A stretch of DNA of 64,000 nt, from NCBI RefSeq assembly GCF_009834535.1, contig NC_045704.1, positions 66,588,001 to 66,652,000 on the forward strand, in the 5' to 3' direction. This document shows, one piece after another, positions 39,712-50,735 of the stretch (within the stretch, counting starts at the first letter, position 1; every line of letters begins with the position of its first letter). The stretch comes from Camelus ferus. Its lineage: Eukaryota. Below the pieces are notes generated by a model. That model searched no databases, had not been told where the DNA came from, and saw only the letters and a list, made by a program, of their open reading frames with translations. The translations under genes were made by a program, and so were the position numbers.

Positions 39712-39917
39712 CAGGAGGGTGGCAGAGCCAGCTCACACTGCCTCCCGAGAGCCAACTGTTGTATTTTTTGGAATTGTGCGAGCTGGTTGACATAATGTTG
39801 GTAGCTTGAGATCAGACATTGTGGGAGGATTTTAAAGCATGGAAATTGACAAACACTACCCATCAGGGCTATCCTCCACTCCCAGCCTGTTGTCAAATAT
39901 TTACCAGCACATCACTG
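39712..39917 (+). mobile_element. MER63-like hAT-Blackjack MITE
   Basis: caggagggtggcagagccagctc ... gttggtagcttgagatcag ... aatatttaccagcacatcactg. Confidence 0.7.
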
Positions 39918-40654
39918 TCTCCGTCTGCCCACTTCCTGCCTGGAGGACTATTGAAGATGTTCACATGAAAGCTCACACTTAATTTTCAGTTCTCCACATC
40001 TTTAAGTATATTTAGTGGATTGTTCAAAAAAAAAAAAAAAAAAAAAAAACAGCTTTGTAATCCTGAATGCTTCAAATCCATTTCAGTGACCAAAGGCTTA
40101 AGAGAACAAATGGATTCTTGTGTAACTCAACCCCAACTCAGCCGTGCTGCTCACGCCCCTTGTTGTCCACACTCACTGCCGTGTCCTTATCTCACAGGGA
40201 GCCTAGCTGAGACCTCCTTCCTGTCTGGTTTCCCTGCCTCTAGCTTCCCGCAGTCCACCCTCTCTATCTCCGCCCCGTCAGTCTTTTGAAAGCCCTGCCT
40301 CTGGTCACGTCTCCCGTCAGAGGCTCCACATTGGCTGCAAACAAGGTTCAAATTCCTGACCTGGCTCTCAGGCCTCCCCGCCCCCTTTGGGCCTATTACT
40401 CCCCAGGGAACCCAAACAATGGGCCGGACAGGACTGGTCTTTGCTCCTGCAGTTCCTTCTCCCCAGAAATCCAGTTTGTGTGGCACTTCACCATGACGCT
40501 ATCTGTCCCTCATCCTAAGGCCCAGCCAGCGGTGGCCCCAGTCGCTCTGGACCTCTTAGATTACTCTACTTGAGGCGCTCGTGTCCCTCACAGCTGTGAC
40601 TCCTCTGAAGCCGCAGGACACAGTCGTCTGCTACATCACTGCAACTCCAAGGGC

Positions 40655-40780
40655 CATCCAGGCAGCCCTTGGTGGCCTGTTAGAAACATAAATTCTCAGT
40701 CCCCATCCCAGGCCGGGGGGGGGGGGGGGTCAGAATCCTAGAGCGGGTGGGAGGGGAGCCCCCAGCGAGTCTAACACACT
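40655..40780 (+). mobile_element. MER5A fragment containing a G15 run
   Basis: ctgttagaaacataaattctcagtccccatcccagg...tcagaatcc matches the MER5A core. Confidence 0.65.
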
Positions 40781-41334
40781 GCCCTCCTATCCATCCCTCC
40801 CGGGCCTTTCCTACTCCAGGCCCTTTTTTATGGATGCTCCTGCTTGTATCTTTTTGTTAAATTTTTTCCCTGCTCCTTCAGACGCTTGCAGTCTTACCCT
40901 CTGGCAGGGTCCCCTCAGCTAGGCTCTAGGTGGTGGCTCTATCCACCCCAAATCACATTCCTTTTCTGTATCTCCCAGGCCCTGAATGCTCCCTGTGTGC
41001 CCGGCCTCTACTGAGAGGTGGGGTCTGTGGCTTGCTTCTGCACTCGGCTGGGTCCCAGGTCCTTCCTCCCTGCGGAGGTGTGAATTACACTCACTCTTCT
41101 CAAAACACTGGCTGCAAAGGCCATCTTCTAGGCCAGGTGGTTCTGTTACCAGGTAAGCTGTGAGCGCAGCCTCTCTGGCCAGCCCAGGGCAAAGGTCAGG
41201 GCTTCACAGTGGCTGAAGCCACTTTCACTGAGAGAAGGCCTCTCCTTGCCCTTCCCACCCCAGGAGAGAGCGCTCTCTGCCTGGAATCTGGTGAGGCTCC
41301 CATAAGGCCGGTCCCTGCAGAATTATGCCTCTTT

Positions 41335-41373
41335 TGTGTGTGTGTGTGTGTGTGTATGTGTGTGTGTGTGTGT
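41335..41373. repeat. (TG)n microsatellite
   Basis: Seen directly, one interruption. Confidence 0.95.
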
Positions 41374-41990
41374 AACTTTTTATTTGGATATAATTCAAGG
41401 TTACGGGAAAATTGCAAATATAGTATAAAGACATTCCATACAATTTCATCTAGACTCACCCATCACTTACTTCCTGCTCCATCTCTCTTACTGTGCTGTT
41501 CTGTGAGCTTTTCCTTAACTGTTTAAAAGCAAGTTACAGACGTTGTGTCCCTTTACCCCTAAATACTTCTGAGAACAAGGACATTCTCTCATAGAGTAAA
41601 CACAGCACAATGATCAACTTTAGGAAACTCAGAATTGATAGAATATCATCTAAACCACAGACCAGATCCAAATCTCATCAGCTGCCCCAACGACGTCCTT
41701 TACCCCCCGTGACTTTTCTCCAGGCCCAGAACCCCATCAAGACCAACCATGCGCTGCGCTTAGCTGTGGTATCGTTTAGTCCCCTTTAATCTGGAACAGT
41801 TCCTTAGCCTTTCTCTTTCTTGACCTTGACATATTTGAAGGGCAATAGCCAGTTATTTGGTAGCCTGTCCCTGAATTTAAGTTTATCCGGTGTTTCATGT
41901 TTATAGTTAGGTAAGCTTTTGGCGGGGCAGGAAAATCTCGGGAGACTATGTGTATCCTTCTCAGTGTGTCTTATGGGAGGATCCTTGGCG
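41374..41990 (-). mobile_element. Old L1 (L1MC-type) 3' fragment
   Basis: gtccctttacccctaaatacttctgagaacaaggacattctc...tttaatctggaacagttccttagcctttc...accttgacatatttgaag. Confidence 0.75.
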
Positions 41991-42109
41991 TCGGTCCGCC
42001 CCACTGGCAGTGGTGCGAGCTTTGACCTCCGTGCAGGCAGCAGGCAGCCTCTTTGTGAGGGCTGCCCTCTGCTGTTCATTTTCAACATCGCAGCAGCCGG
42101 GCCTCTGCG

Positions 42110-42290
42110 GATGATTGACAAGGGGCCCGAAGTCTGGAAGCACAGACCCTGTCACTCCATTGGTTGTGAGACCTTGGGAAAGCTATTCAGCTTTATTGAC
42201 ACTCGATTTCCTCGTCTGTGAAAATGAAGGATGACAGTCCTGTCCTGCTTCCCTTATAGGGTGGTCGAGCGTGGAAGAGTCCTACCAGGT
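42110..42290 (+). mobile_element. MIR SINE
   Basis: tgtgagaccttgggaaagctattc...tttcctcgtctgtgaaaatgaaggatgacag. Confidence 0.75.
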
Positions 42291-43060
42291 GGTCATGTGG
42301 TGTTTTACGCTAATGTCCATAACCGGCGGCTACGACCCCTCCGCAGGCCCGGCCCCGAGGTCCCCGAGAGCCAGAGCTGCCCTTCAGGACTCGCGCCTGC
42401 TCCCCGCCAAGTCCCTCACCGGTGGCTGCCGTGGCACAGCTGCCTTCTTACCTGAGGCTTCCATGAGCAACGGGTTCCCAAGACTCGTGCTCGAAGGAAC
42501 ACAGGAGGTCCGGCCTTCACGTCTGTGCCCTGAGGGTCCGTCTGGGGGTCGCCCCTGGTCTGCGCCCCGGCCGGTCCACCCACATCCTCCGGGGTTGCCG
42601 GCGCGCTCCCCGCCGCGCGTGCCCTCCCACCCCCACCGACGCCGGGGAACCCGTTTTCAGCGCAGCTCCACGTGGGCTTCCACCTGCGCCGGTCCCTGGG
42701 CGCGCGCGAGCTTGTTCGCACCCAGACCTTAGCGCTCTCTCCACATTTGCTTTACGTCCTTTCTTCTTGCCTGCCTGCCTGCCTGGCTGCCGGAGCACCA
42801 GCTACTCGCCAGGCTCTGCGCTGGGGCTACGTGGAGAGCAGGACGCACACTTGCCCCACAAAACTTGTAACAGTTTATTGAGTGACGGAGACAAGCAGAG
42901 CAGCCGCTGCGTCGTGCATCAGACCCCCGCGCCTTCGCAGCAGGCGGCCCCGTCCCACGTGCCTCAGCCGCGCTCAGCGCCCCCGCGCGGCCCAGAGCCT
43001 AACCGCGGTGGCGTCCCAGTGACTGGGGGCTCTCCCAGGACATCAGAAAGACTCATTTTG
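42290..43060. promoter_or_regulatory. Secondary CpG-rich island
   Basis: Very high GC and dense CpG (gccggcgcgctccccgccgcgcgtg; gggcgcgcgcgag) by eye; function inferred. Confidence 0.6.
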
Positions 43061-44568
43061 TGGGCCCAGAGGAGACGCTTAGAGAAGGAGAATTACAAGA
43101 AATAAGTAGATGGAGAAGAGAGAAATATTCCTCAGTGTGAAATTAGTTGTTTCTTTTCTCACTGGAGTTTACCGTAGGCGCAGAGGCGTCTGTGGAAGTG
43201 AACTCCAGCCAGCCTCTGGGGCACCACGCTTGGAGAATCCTGGGATTCTTGAGAACCGGGGACTCAACAAATGGAGTTCCGAGCCTGCTCAGAGAAACGG
43301 GCATCACGGGCTGATACTCGGCACGGGCTGACGTACAGGGCACTTCCCTTTGTAAAACCAGCGCCCAGGTTTGGCTGTGGTCAGGCTGGAAGGCACGGGC
43401 GGGGCGGCCTGCCCAGCTTCCCCCCATCTACGCGGCCGGAGCAAGTCACTTCTCACGCCCGTGAGAGACACTACTGCCTGCCTCATCTGCCTCACAGGCT
43501 TCTTTTGAGAGGAAAAATGAAATAAAACATGGGAAGGGCCATGCACCGTTTCTAGAGAGATGCCCTGTACACCAACAGATGTATAGGAAACATGTTTGGG
43601 CCAAAAACAGGAATAAGGAGTCACCTTACGATGTAATTTTACGGCGGTTCATTAAGGAGCTTGTCTCCAGCTGGCTGGGAGCCGGTTAGAACAGAGCGGA
43701 TTAAGCCGCCACAGACGGTCAGGGCGTGTGCTGAACTGACACTGGTCTGATTCGCACCTGCCCTGCTTCCTCACTCACGTGCACATTCCACACACTGAGG
43801 GTGCTGGGGAAGAATGTGAATGAGCACGCACAAGTTCAGCATTACTTCTCAAAGAACAAGCGGGTGAACAGTTAGGTCAGCCTGCTATGCAGAGGGCTGA
43901 ATGCTATTTGGGAAAGTTCACAAGAAAATTCCGTAAGGGTAAGGACAATGCTATCTCATGTATCACTAGTGCCACCCCTGGCATATAGTTAGCACGTGCA
44001 GTGGAAGTCCACCAGGTCCTAGTTTATCCTGCTATTGTAGCGTAAGTTCTGCTCAGGAATTGACCGGAGAATAGTTTCTGTTTCTCGTGACCATAACCCT
44101 CAAGCAATACTTTGAAATGCTGCAGTTTCGAGCTTTGCTTTAATTGGTGAGTAATTCATAAAATCCTTTAGAAATTAAAATTCCCTAAAAATCAAGCAAT
44201 TGATGGTAGTATTGAAGGCATTTAAGCTGTTGCCCACTGAGTTCTTAATTGACAGTGTCAACCCTCATAGCTAAGGCTGAAATATTCAGGAATGCAACCA
44301 AAAAATGAAGATAGAACAAACCAAAATCCCCTAAACTCTCATAGCTATAATTATAAAAACAGGTACTAACTTGTATTTGCTGAAGTCCTGCAACCGCCTT
44401 CCGGGGCAGGCAAGCAGAGAGTACATGAAGGAAAAAAAAGATGACGCAGCAGGAGCAGCTATAGTGACAGGACCAGCCTGTCCGTCCTGAGCCAAGGACA
44501 GCGTACCTTCCTGGTTATTCCACAGCGTTTGCTTCTCAGCCACATGCTTCCCTGGTCCCTTCGCATCC

Positions 44569-45151
44569 TGTTAGCCTGAGGCGGGAAGCCTCATAAAAAG
44601 ACTGGCAGGACCTCTTGGCAGGGACGCTCGCCTCGCAATACCGTCAGGTTCCCTGGCCCAGAAGCTCTCACTTTTTTGCCTCTAAAGTGGCTAACTTACA
44701 CCTAAAATTCTATTGGTTCCCTGAGCTCATTTCTGATTGGTTATTTCCTTCACTCCTGATTGGTTATTACTCTCACTTCTGATTGGTCCACTTCCCTAAC
44801 TTCTGATTGGTCCATTTGTAGTACTTCGTTTGCATGGAGCTCACTCCCGATTGATTATTTCTCCCACTCCTGATTGGTCCATCCCCCTCACTCCTGATTG
44901 GTTATTTCTCTCACTCCTGATTGGGCTATTTCTACAAAGCTTGTTCCTGGTTGGCCAACTTCAGTTATACTTTATTTGCATATGATGTTGCAAAGTGTAA
45001 AACTGGCAGCCTATAAAAGGCCTGTGTAAACCTACAGTTGTGGGTCCAGAGCTTGAAGTGTTAATTTTTCTGGGACTGGTGGCATAATAAATCTGAGTTC
45101 TTCAACTCTCGGTGTGTTAATCCAGGTTGCTGTTACAACTGAGCTGTAACA
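44569..45151 (+). mobile_element. ERV1-type solo LTR with CCAAT-box array
   Basis: TG start (tgttagcc), end gagctgtaaca; octamer 44974-44981, TATAAAA 45012-45018, AATAAA 45086-45091 in LTR order. No clear TSD. Confidence 0.8.
44705..44960 (+). repeat. Degenerate 23-24 bp tandem array, each unit carrying an inverted CCAAT box
   Basis: ATTGG at 44712, 44736, 44759, 44782, 44806, 44873, 44897, 44920; variants ATTGA 44850 and GTTGG 44950. Confidence 0.95.
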
Positions 45152-46199
45152 CATTTTTCTGCAACAAGCCAACATTATCCTGGTAACAGGAATTCCTGCT
45201 GAGACTTACATTTTCTGTTTCCTGTCCTGCTTCTGCAGGGGTTTTTTTGTTCTTGTTTTTCAGCCCTATACATGAGTGTGCACTTGCATGTGTGAGGGAG
45301 GGAATGAGTGTCAGGGCAACAAAGGGAGGGCCAAAAGGGCCACCCCAGGGGTGGCCAGCATAGCCTGGCCATGCTTTCTGGTCCTGGGGGCTGAAAGCCA
45401 TGCGGTCCTAAGGGATCTCATCCATGGCGTTTGAAAGCTGCCACTTACTGAGCACTGTGCTCAGGGCTTTACCTGTGTTGTCATCCTATTTCATTAGATG
45501 AACCTCACAGGTACCTAATGAAATGCTTTGCAGCTGTTGCTGTTTTCTCATCTTCCTTTGTGACTAGACCCCTTCTCTGAATACCAGTCTACTAGTCTGA
45601 GACTTACAACCAGCTCTTCCCAAGCCCTTCCCTGTGGGGGCAGTGTCGTGTTCCACTTACCTTCAGCTGTGGCTCTTGTCCTGTGAACGGGCTGATGGCA
45701 CAGAGCCATGGAACTGATCCATGCCTGACTTTGTCACCAGTGCCCTGAACCCCAGTGACCTCCACCAGCACCTGCTGCAACCAAGGCCAAGTGAGCTGGA
45801 CCCTTTCAGACACCATGCACTGGAGTGCTCAGCCTCGACCACTGCCCCAGCCTTGTCCTGCCTTCTTCCTCCGTCCCCCCGTCTGTTTGCTAATCCTTGT
45901 GCAGAATTCCTTCCATGCAAGTTGGCCCTAGGTTAGGTAACCCTTTCCAAACGCAGCCTTCCTCCCTGCCTCGCCCTCTCAGGATGTAATCTCGGTCTCT
46001 CTCCCTGAAGTCCAAACCACTGCACCTGCCTTTTACCCTGCATCACAGCTGTTTGTGTACCTGTCAGCCTTTTCACGAGGCAGCAAGTCAGGCACATGTC
46101 TGTCTTCTTCGTGTGTCAACTAGACCCTCAATCGCAGCTTGATGAAGCGATGAAGCAGTCGTAAGACAACACCAAGCACAAATCAAATGGGATGCAACA

Positions 46200-46450
46200 G
46201 TCTTGGGCTCCCTTCCATTCAGCCTGTGTATCACACCCTAAATTAATCACTCTAATGCACAGACTTCTCAGGCCAAAAGAAACTGCAGCTCCCCGTTGCC
46301 TGTTGCATTAAATCCACATTCCTCATCCTGAATCAAGCTTGCCTCCAGCCCCTTTGCAACATGGGGCCTCAATCATACTTCCCCAACCTTATCTCCTGAC
46401 ACTTCAACCCCTTCACCCCGGCAGTACCTCTGTAAGGACCCATTTGTACC
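46200..46450 (+). mobile_element. L2 fragment
   Basis: cagctccccgttgcctgttgcattaaatccacattcctcatcc...ccccaaccttatctcctgac. Confidence 0.6.
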
Positions 46451-49400
46451 TCTCTCTCTCTTAATGTCTACACTTCTTCATCCTGGCACCTTTTCTTTTC
46501 CTTGGTCTGCTCCCATCTTGCCACCTAGTGTAGTTTGGCTGAAACTCAGCACTGAGGTTTTTTAGGATAAAAAAGGCCATTGTTTAAGTGTTTCGAGGAG
46601 ATTTTGTCTGGCAAGAGTGTCTTCATAAGTCCTTCCGGGATGGATTGTTTTTGCCTGGTTTTGGGAAACCATGCAGTTGGACACATGAAAATAAGAATCC
46701 ACCCAAGGTTCTTGGGGGAGAACTATAAGGAGACCTGGAGGCTGAAGGTAGATGTTTGCAGCCTGAGAAGCTGAGTGTTGTGTTTGAAACGTCACGTAGA
46801 TGTGATGTCTACAGCTGAGTAGGAGTCGGGTAGGGAGGTAGAGAATGTTCCTTAGGTTGTAACAAATTTAGTGGATGCTGTATCTGAACTTTGGTTTGTT
46901 TCTGCAGGGTGTGGGATTTCTTTATTGAAAGCTGCTTGCTAACAATAGCAGCAAACAGTTGCTAAGTTGCTACACATTTACCATGTGCCTGGACTGAGAT
47001 GAGGACAAAATGGCTCAGAAAAGTTAAAGATCATGTCTTACAAATAAGAGACAGGACCTAGACATGAACACCGGCGATCTGACTCCACAACAGTGCTAAC
47101 CTCTACTATCAAGAGTCTGATTTTTAAAAATCTCATCCTTTTAAAATTTCCTTTCTATAATTAGTACAGCAGTACATGCTTACTGTTTGGGAGTGCAAAC
47201 TCAAAAACTGGTAGGGATGCCCAATCACATTTTGCCACTTTTTCATATGCCACCTTGCATTATTTTGCATACCGTTGCATATCCATACATTGTATTTCTC
47301 CCAAGGAATTTGAAGTGTCCTTGCAGGTAGGGATTGTGTAGTAAATTTCTACTTTATCTCCCACAGTTGGCCCAACTGTATTCTCCCTACATACTCATTG
47401 AATTGAATTAAACTGGTCCTCCAGCGACCTTCTCCCTCTGGAGAAAGCAAAGCTAGTGAAAATATGTAGAAATACAGTACATTTCGAGAGCTCGTGGGAA
47501 GGCTGAAGCTGCTTCCAAGCACTGCAAACAGAGCAACATGGTAACTTGAAAGTAATCCTTCTGTACGAACATGAAAAGTGTTATTGCAGACTCCCAGGGG
47601 TGTATAATGGATGTGAACTTTAAAACACCAAATGAAGCCCTGTTTAATTTAGGGTTTTACTGTCCAGGGAACTTAAATTGCAGCCAGGTGGAGATCAGCA
47701 GGCCCACAGGTGGTTCTAGTCCATGCTTTGGCTCCCTCTGTCGGCAGAAAGGAAGAGTTTTTTTTTTTTTTGTTTTGTTTTTTTTTTTTTGACTTGCAGG
47801 AATTCTTCCTTCAGGTTGTAGGCGGCTGCTGTTCACTGCATGTACTTACTGCCTGAGAAAATTCAGCTCAGACTTAGGAGAGGGGAAGAAAGAACCTACC
47901 AGATCTTTCTCCTTATATGGCAACTAAATACACACTTTCATTCCTTTTACATGCTAACATTGCTGCCTCTAAAGCCAGATTCATTATAAAATGCTTATTA
48001 GTTGTCACAGGACACTCACAGCAATTGTTCAGCCATGGCTTTCCCAAGCTTCTAATTGTAGGGCATAAAAAATATACCTCGATTGCTCACAGAGTTGGTC
48101 ACACAAGCCTGGTTTTCCCACACTGTCTGCTAATACCGTATCTTGGTAATATTTTCCATGACAGAGACAAGGGGTTTGGGTTTCAACTAGTGAAAGGTCT
48201 TTCTACTCCCCCAACTTGTCCAATCTCCCAGAAGTTTTTTTGGGGGGGAGCATAAACTTGATTTAGTACATTACTCTGGATTCTTTCTGGATGGGATAGC
48301 TCAATTAGTGAAAGGAATCAAGTACCTTAAAATTCTTTTTTTGCTTCATTAAATGGAATTATGGACACACATCTTTCCTTAACACTTGGTTTCTTCCTCA
48401 ATTCTCCCTTCCCAGGACTTACATATATGAATCTGAATTGTTACTAAATCATGTCAGTGACTCACCATTTGAGATTTGGCTTCAGTGTCCCCCAGGAGGA
48501 CTCCTCTGTGTGGTACTCAAGGAGGCACTGAGCATCTCTCTTCTCCTGTTCAGCCATGTGCAACTCCAACGACCAGTGGAGACTCTTGAGGTGCCACCAG
48601 TGCCTGGCACATTTCAGAGCTCAATAAAGATTCGTTTAAATAAATACAATTTGAAGTCATATTCTACTTCAAGGGTTAATTTTGCACATGTAAAAGTCCC
48701 TACCTCGTGCATGTGAGGATGTTTGTTTTACTTCATTAATCTTAATGGGTGCATAACAATGTTATCCATAACTTGTTGTCAAGGAACTGGATCTATTATG
48801 GTGGAATGGCAGGCCTGGCGTCACTCAGGGCTCTGTCACTTCTTTGGACAGGCAATGATCACGGGCTCTTAGCATCCTTGCACATCCTTGCTGGGTGGGC
48901 TAAGAAGGCAAGACCCTGCTCACTTGGGCCATTTCTCAGGGTTGTGCTTGCAGTCAGCAGCCTTGAGGGTTGAGGGACTGTTTCCCTGTGGGACAGAGGG
49001 CAGGCTTGCTTGCTGCTTGCCACAAAATGGTGGGTTCCCCAAGCTCAGCGTTCCTCTCCAGTAGTGCAGCCCATTTTGCGTGCAAGCTTCCGGCTGGGCC
49101 CGCTTGCTTCGGCCCCGTGAGCACTGGGGTTCGGGGGGCGGAACCAGTCATGTTAATACTCCGGCTGCCGCTTTCGCTGCGGTAGTCTTTTCCCCGTGAC
49201 CCAGGAGTGCTGTGTGTTCTGTCAACACCCACGGAAGTGAGGCAGACTGACATGTTCGGCTGGAAGCAGGGTGAAATCTCAGATTCTTCACAGCTCTTGA
49301 CACTACCAGCTGGTACCCCTACCCAAGTCGTAAAGGGGACGGAAGCACCTGGCCCGCAGCACAGCTGTGGGGCACAGTTACCTAAGAATGCACAGACCCC

Positions 49401-50641
49401 TACCGCACCACGCTCTTCCTGGGAGCCCCCTTCCATCTGCAGAGCACGGACAGAGTCCACTCGGCTTTGACGCCTGATGCAAGGTGACCACAGGTGGGCT
49501 ACACCTGCGCCTGGTCGGCGCACAAGGGGGCTGCGGACCCGCCCTAGGAGCGCGCACAGCCGCGGCCCCGCAATTTCTACGCAGGCGGGGCTCTGAAACC
49601 GCCAGCCGACTGCAGCCGGCACCGAGGGTTTTGTCTGGCAGCCGCGGTTGCGTGGCAACCACGCGGTTTTTACTTAGACTGTCTGTTTCAAGCGGCTCCG
49701 GAGTCGTGCAGCTGGGACTTGCAGGGTCACTGAAGAACCCCCCTCAGACCAAACTGGTTCGTAGCGACCGCCACCCTTCGAGCGGCCGCGCGCTCGGCCG
49801 GACTCGGGCTCCGCCTCCTCCTCCCGCCGCGCGCCGCCCCCGGGAAGCCCCGCGGCCCCGCTCGGGCGCGCACCCCGGCGGCCGCACGCGCACGCGCCCG
49901 GCGCTCCCACTCGCGCAGGCCCCGCGCCGCGGCCGCCCCCGCAGACACGTGCTCCCGGCGCGCGGGCTCGGCGGCCGCCGGCGCTGGGACGAGCTTTCGG
50001 AGGACGCTGCGGCGCGGGGNNNNNNNNNNNNNNNNNNNNNNNNNNNNNNNNNNNNNNNNNNNNNNNNNNNNNNNNNNNNNNNNNNNNNNNNNNNNNNNNN
50101 NNNNNNNNNNNNNNNNNNNNNNNNNNNNNNNNNNNNNNNNNNNNNNNNNNNNNNNNNNNCCGCGGCCCGCGCTCGCCGCGGGCGGCCAGGGAAGAGCCCG
50201 GGGCCCGGGAGGGGCCGCTGCTCGGGATCGGCCGCTAAAAGGTGCGACGTAAGTGCCCCGCGTCATCGGCCCGGTTTAACCGCGCAACGGCCGGCCTGGG
50301 GCCTGCATCACCGGGGCGGGGCCGGGCCGGCGGAATCGGCTGGCGGAGAGAGCGGGTAGGCGGGGGCGAGTGGGCAGGAAGGGAGCCGGGAGGAAGAGCG
50401 CCGGCGTGCTTTGTCCTGCGCGGGGCAGGTACGGCGGCGCCCCGGGTGGGCCGGAGACCCGGCCGGAGCTCTTGCAGGGCTCCCGGGCCTCGTTGAGAGG
50501 CGGTCTCTGGGTGAGGACGGGCGCCCGCAGCTCGTGTATGGCAGTGCCCTGCCTCGGCGACATAGACCGAGGGGTGATGGAAAAGGCGCGGGGCCGTCGC
50601 CTCTGGCTTAACATGGCAGATGCGCAAAGACTCCAACAGGT

Positions 50642-50726
50642 GGCTCCGTGGCGCAATGGATAGCGCATTGGACTTCTAGAGGCTGAAGGCATTCAAAGGT
50701 TCCGGGTTCGAGTCCCGGCGGAGTCG
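50642..50726 (+). tRNA. TRR-TCT1-1: tRNA-Arg (anticodon TCT), intron-containing; ortholog of human tRNA-Arg-TCT-1-1
   Basis: Full cloverleaf: GGCTCCG/CGGAGTC acceptor, GCGC D-stem, TTGGA/TTCAA anticodon stem, TCT at 50675-50677, CCGGG-TTCGAGT-CCCGG T arm. Matches the recalled human sequence. Confidence 0.98.
50679..50690 (+). other. 12-nt tRNA intron (GAGGCTGAAGGC) at the canonical 37/38 position
   Basis: Removing it restores a 7-nt anticodon loop; TSEN-type intron. Confidence 0.95.
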
Positions 50727-50729
50727 CAG

Positions 50730-50735
50730 TTTTTT
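50730..50735 (+). terminator. Pol III terminator (T6)
   Basis: TTTTTT 4 nt downstream of the discriminator base. Confidence 0.92.

Larger units (their letters stand above)
1..49400 (-). other. BCAR3: Inferred first intron of the long BCAR3 isoform (no exon recognised)
   Basis: Inference from synteny only: the tRNA-Arg-TCT gene and DNTTIP2 3' end match the recalled human order BCAR3-promoter/MIR760/tRNA-Arg-TCT-1-1/DNTTIP2. No BCAR3 coding sequence is visible. Confidence 0.6.

Noticed and set aside
44705-44960. CRISPR-like repeat-spacer array
   Set aside because: Mammalian DNA; units are contiguous degenerate tandem copies without unique spacers, inside an LTR U3.
45655-45666. Consensus - strand donor AAG|GTAAGT
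   Set aside because: No convincing acceptor/polypyrimidine tract or promoter features upstream; such 9-mers occur by chance in 64 kb.
49738-49747. CCCCCCTCAG match to the 5' arm of pre-miR-760
   Set aside because: Similarity stops after 10 nt; no 3' arm or mature sequence follows.
48954-50692. Long ORFs (234 aa, 291 aa and others) over the CpG island
   Set aside because: Arg/Pro/Ala/Gly-rich products of GC-rich DNA, partly read through Ns; no recognisable domain.
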